Positions 62,851-64,000 of a stretch of 64,000 bases of DNA are shown piece after piece; the first letter of the stretch is position 1, and each line of letters starts with the position of its first letter. The stretch covers positions 37,016,001 through 37,080,000 of the forward strand of contig CM052817.1 in NCBI GenBank assembly GCA_028534125.1. Reading direction: 5' to 3'. Below the pieces are notes generated by a model. It made no database searches. It saw only the letters and a program-made list of their open reading frames with translations, and was not told the DNA's origin. This stretch comes from Lama glama (lineage: Eukaryota). The position numbers were made by a program, and so were the translations under genes.

Positions 62851-64000
62851 CTTACCAACGAGGCATTTAAGTTATCTAACGGTATGAGAGGGAGCTGTTT
62901 TGAATGCCTTTGGAGTTGAGTGTTGAGCGGTAGGAAGTGTTATGAATAGTAAAAGTTTTGATCCTTTTGAATTTTCAAAGAGACTTATAAGTGGTTTATC
63001 CTTTCTTCTTTGCCCTAAGAAAGAAGGCAATCTAGCATTGTGATAATGGCCTAGGTTTAAGTTCAACTCTACTACTAATCCTATGATCTCAGGTGATTTG
63101 CTTATTTCTCTTAATCCTTTATTTCCTCATTCATGTGATAGACACTCCAATGAACCTACTGCTCAAGGTTATTGAGAGGACTTAGTATAACATCTGGCCA
63201 TATAAGTACTCAAAACACCATTGAAAAGAACCCCTTATCCTTATCTTTTTTATGCCATTTCAACAGCTGGGAAGTGTTAAAAGGTAAATTGAGATAGATT
63301 AAAAATTTTAAGATTTTTTTTTAGCAAAAATTGATCTGAATGTGGCAGCATCCAATCTAGCAGATAGAAAGGAGCTCTGAGTAGCTACACAAAATGAGAG
63401 ACTTTTCTAGGCAGAAAGGAGTGGAACAAGACCAAAAAAAAAAAAAAAAAAGGAGGGGTTGATTATTGCAAAGTTATTTTCCTTTAGGGGTGGCAGGCAG
63501 GTTACCTAACTAGTGCTGCTCAGATGATTCCTGGTTGACTGATTTAAGATTCCATTTCTGGGAGAGCCCGAAGTCTTGGTCTCATGACCTGAGGTTTAGC
63601 ATAAGTGACTCCATTTTGGGCCTGTTGTCTCATTTTTAAAAGAGGGCAGCATGAAATTAAGATGCCCTATATATAAAACATTTTAAACTCTCCCACTGAA
63701 AGGTGTTTTTAAAAACCACAGATATATAAAATCACATACTTTACCACTGTATCAGGTAAGTAGCTAATCATCACTCATAAACCATTCATGTTATAATTAT
63801 ATTAGTGCTAATTATAACTTACATAGAATTGAGTAATTGATAAACTAATGTTCTTTATGTTGATTTATTTGAATGTCACAAGAATCCTGTAGGATAGTAT
63901 TAGTAACATCCCAATTCAAATTGGGAAACATACTCAGGAAGGTGAAGCTATGGACACTACGAGATTCAGGTATAAATGCTTTCAAACACTGGATTCTTTC

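Noticed and set aside
58900..64000. HSD17B11 first exon, expected upstream of NUDT9 by synteny
   Set aside because: No matching coding sequence or second CpG island found; it probably lies beyond the window.
1..64000. CRISPR arrays, rRNA or prokaryotic systems
   Set aside because: The sequence is spliced mammalian DNA; no regular repeat-spacer array or rRNA was seen.

Overview
AT-rich mammalian genomic DNA, most likely camelid: it carries at least eight copies of a tRNA-Ala(AGC)-derived SINE of the camelid vic-1 type. Two convergent genes could be reconstructed by hand. (1) On +, ~250-9500, a 10-exon micro-exon gene that the ORF track misses. All its coding introns are phase 0, and it encodes a 95-aa secreted Pro-rich protein ([95 protein letters not shown]), identified as SCPPPQ1 of the secretory calcium-binding phosphoprotein family. 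(2) On -, 11154-37668, the complete 8-exon NUDT9 (ADP-ribose pyrophosphatase, 350 aa) with a CpG-island promoter. No host gene was found in 38.5-64 kb. That stretch is dense in LTRs, L1, L2 and MIR, and includes a complete two-LTR MaLR element with three further LTRs nested inside, each bounded by a readable target-site duplication (TSD). No clearly new biological system was found. The most notable items are the hidden SCPPPQ1 gene, its lack of the S-x-E kinase motif, and the nested LTR stack. Repeat subfamily names are from recall and were not searched.
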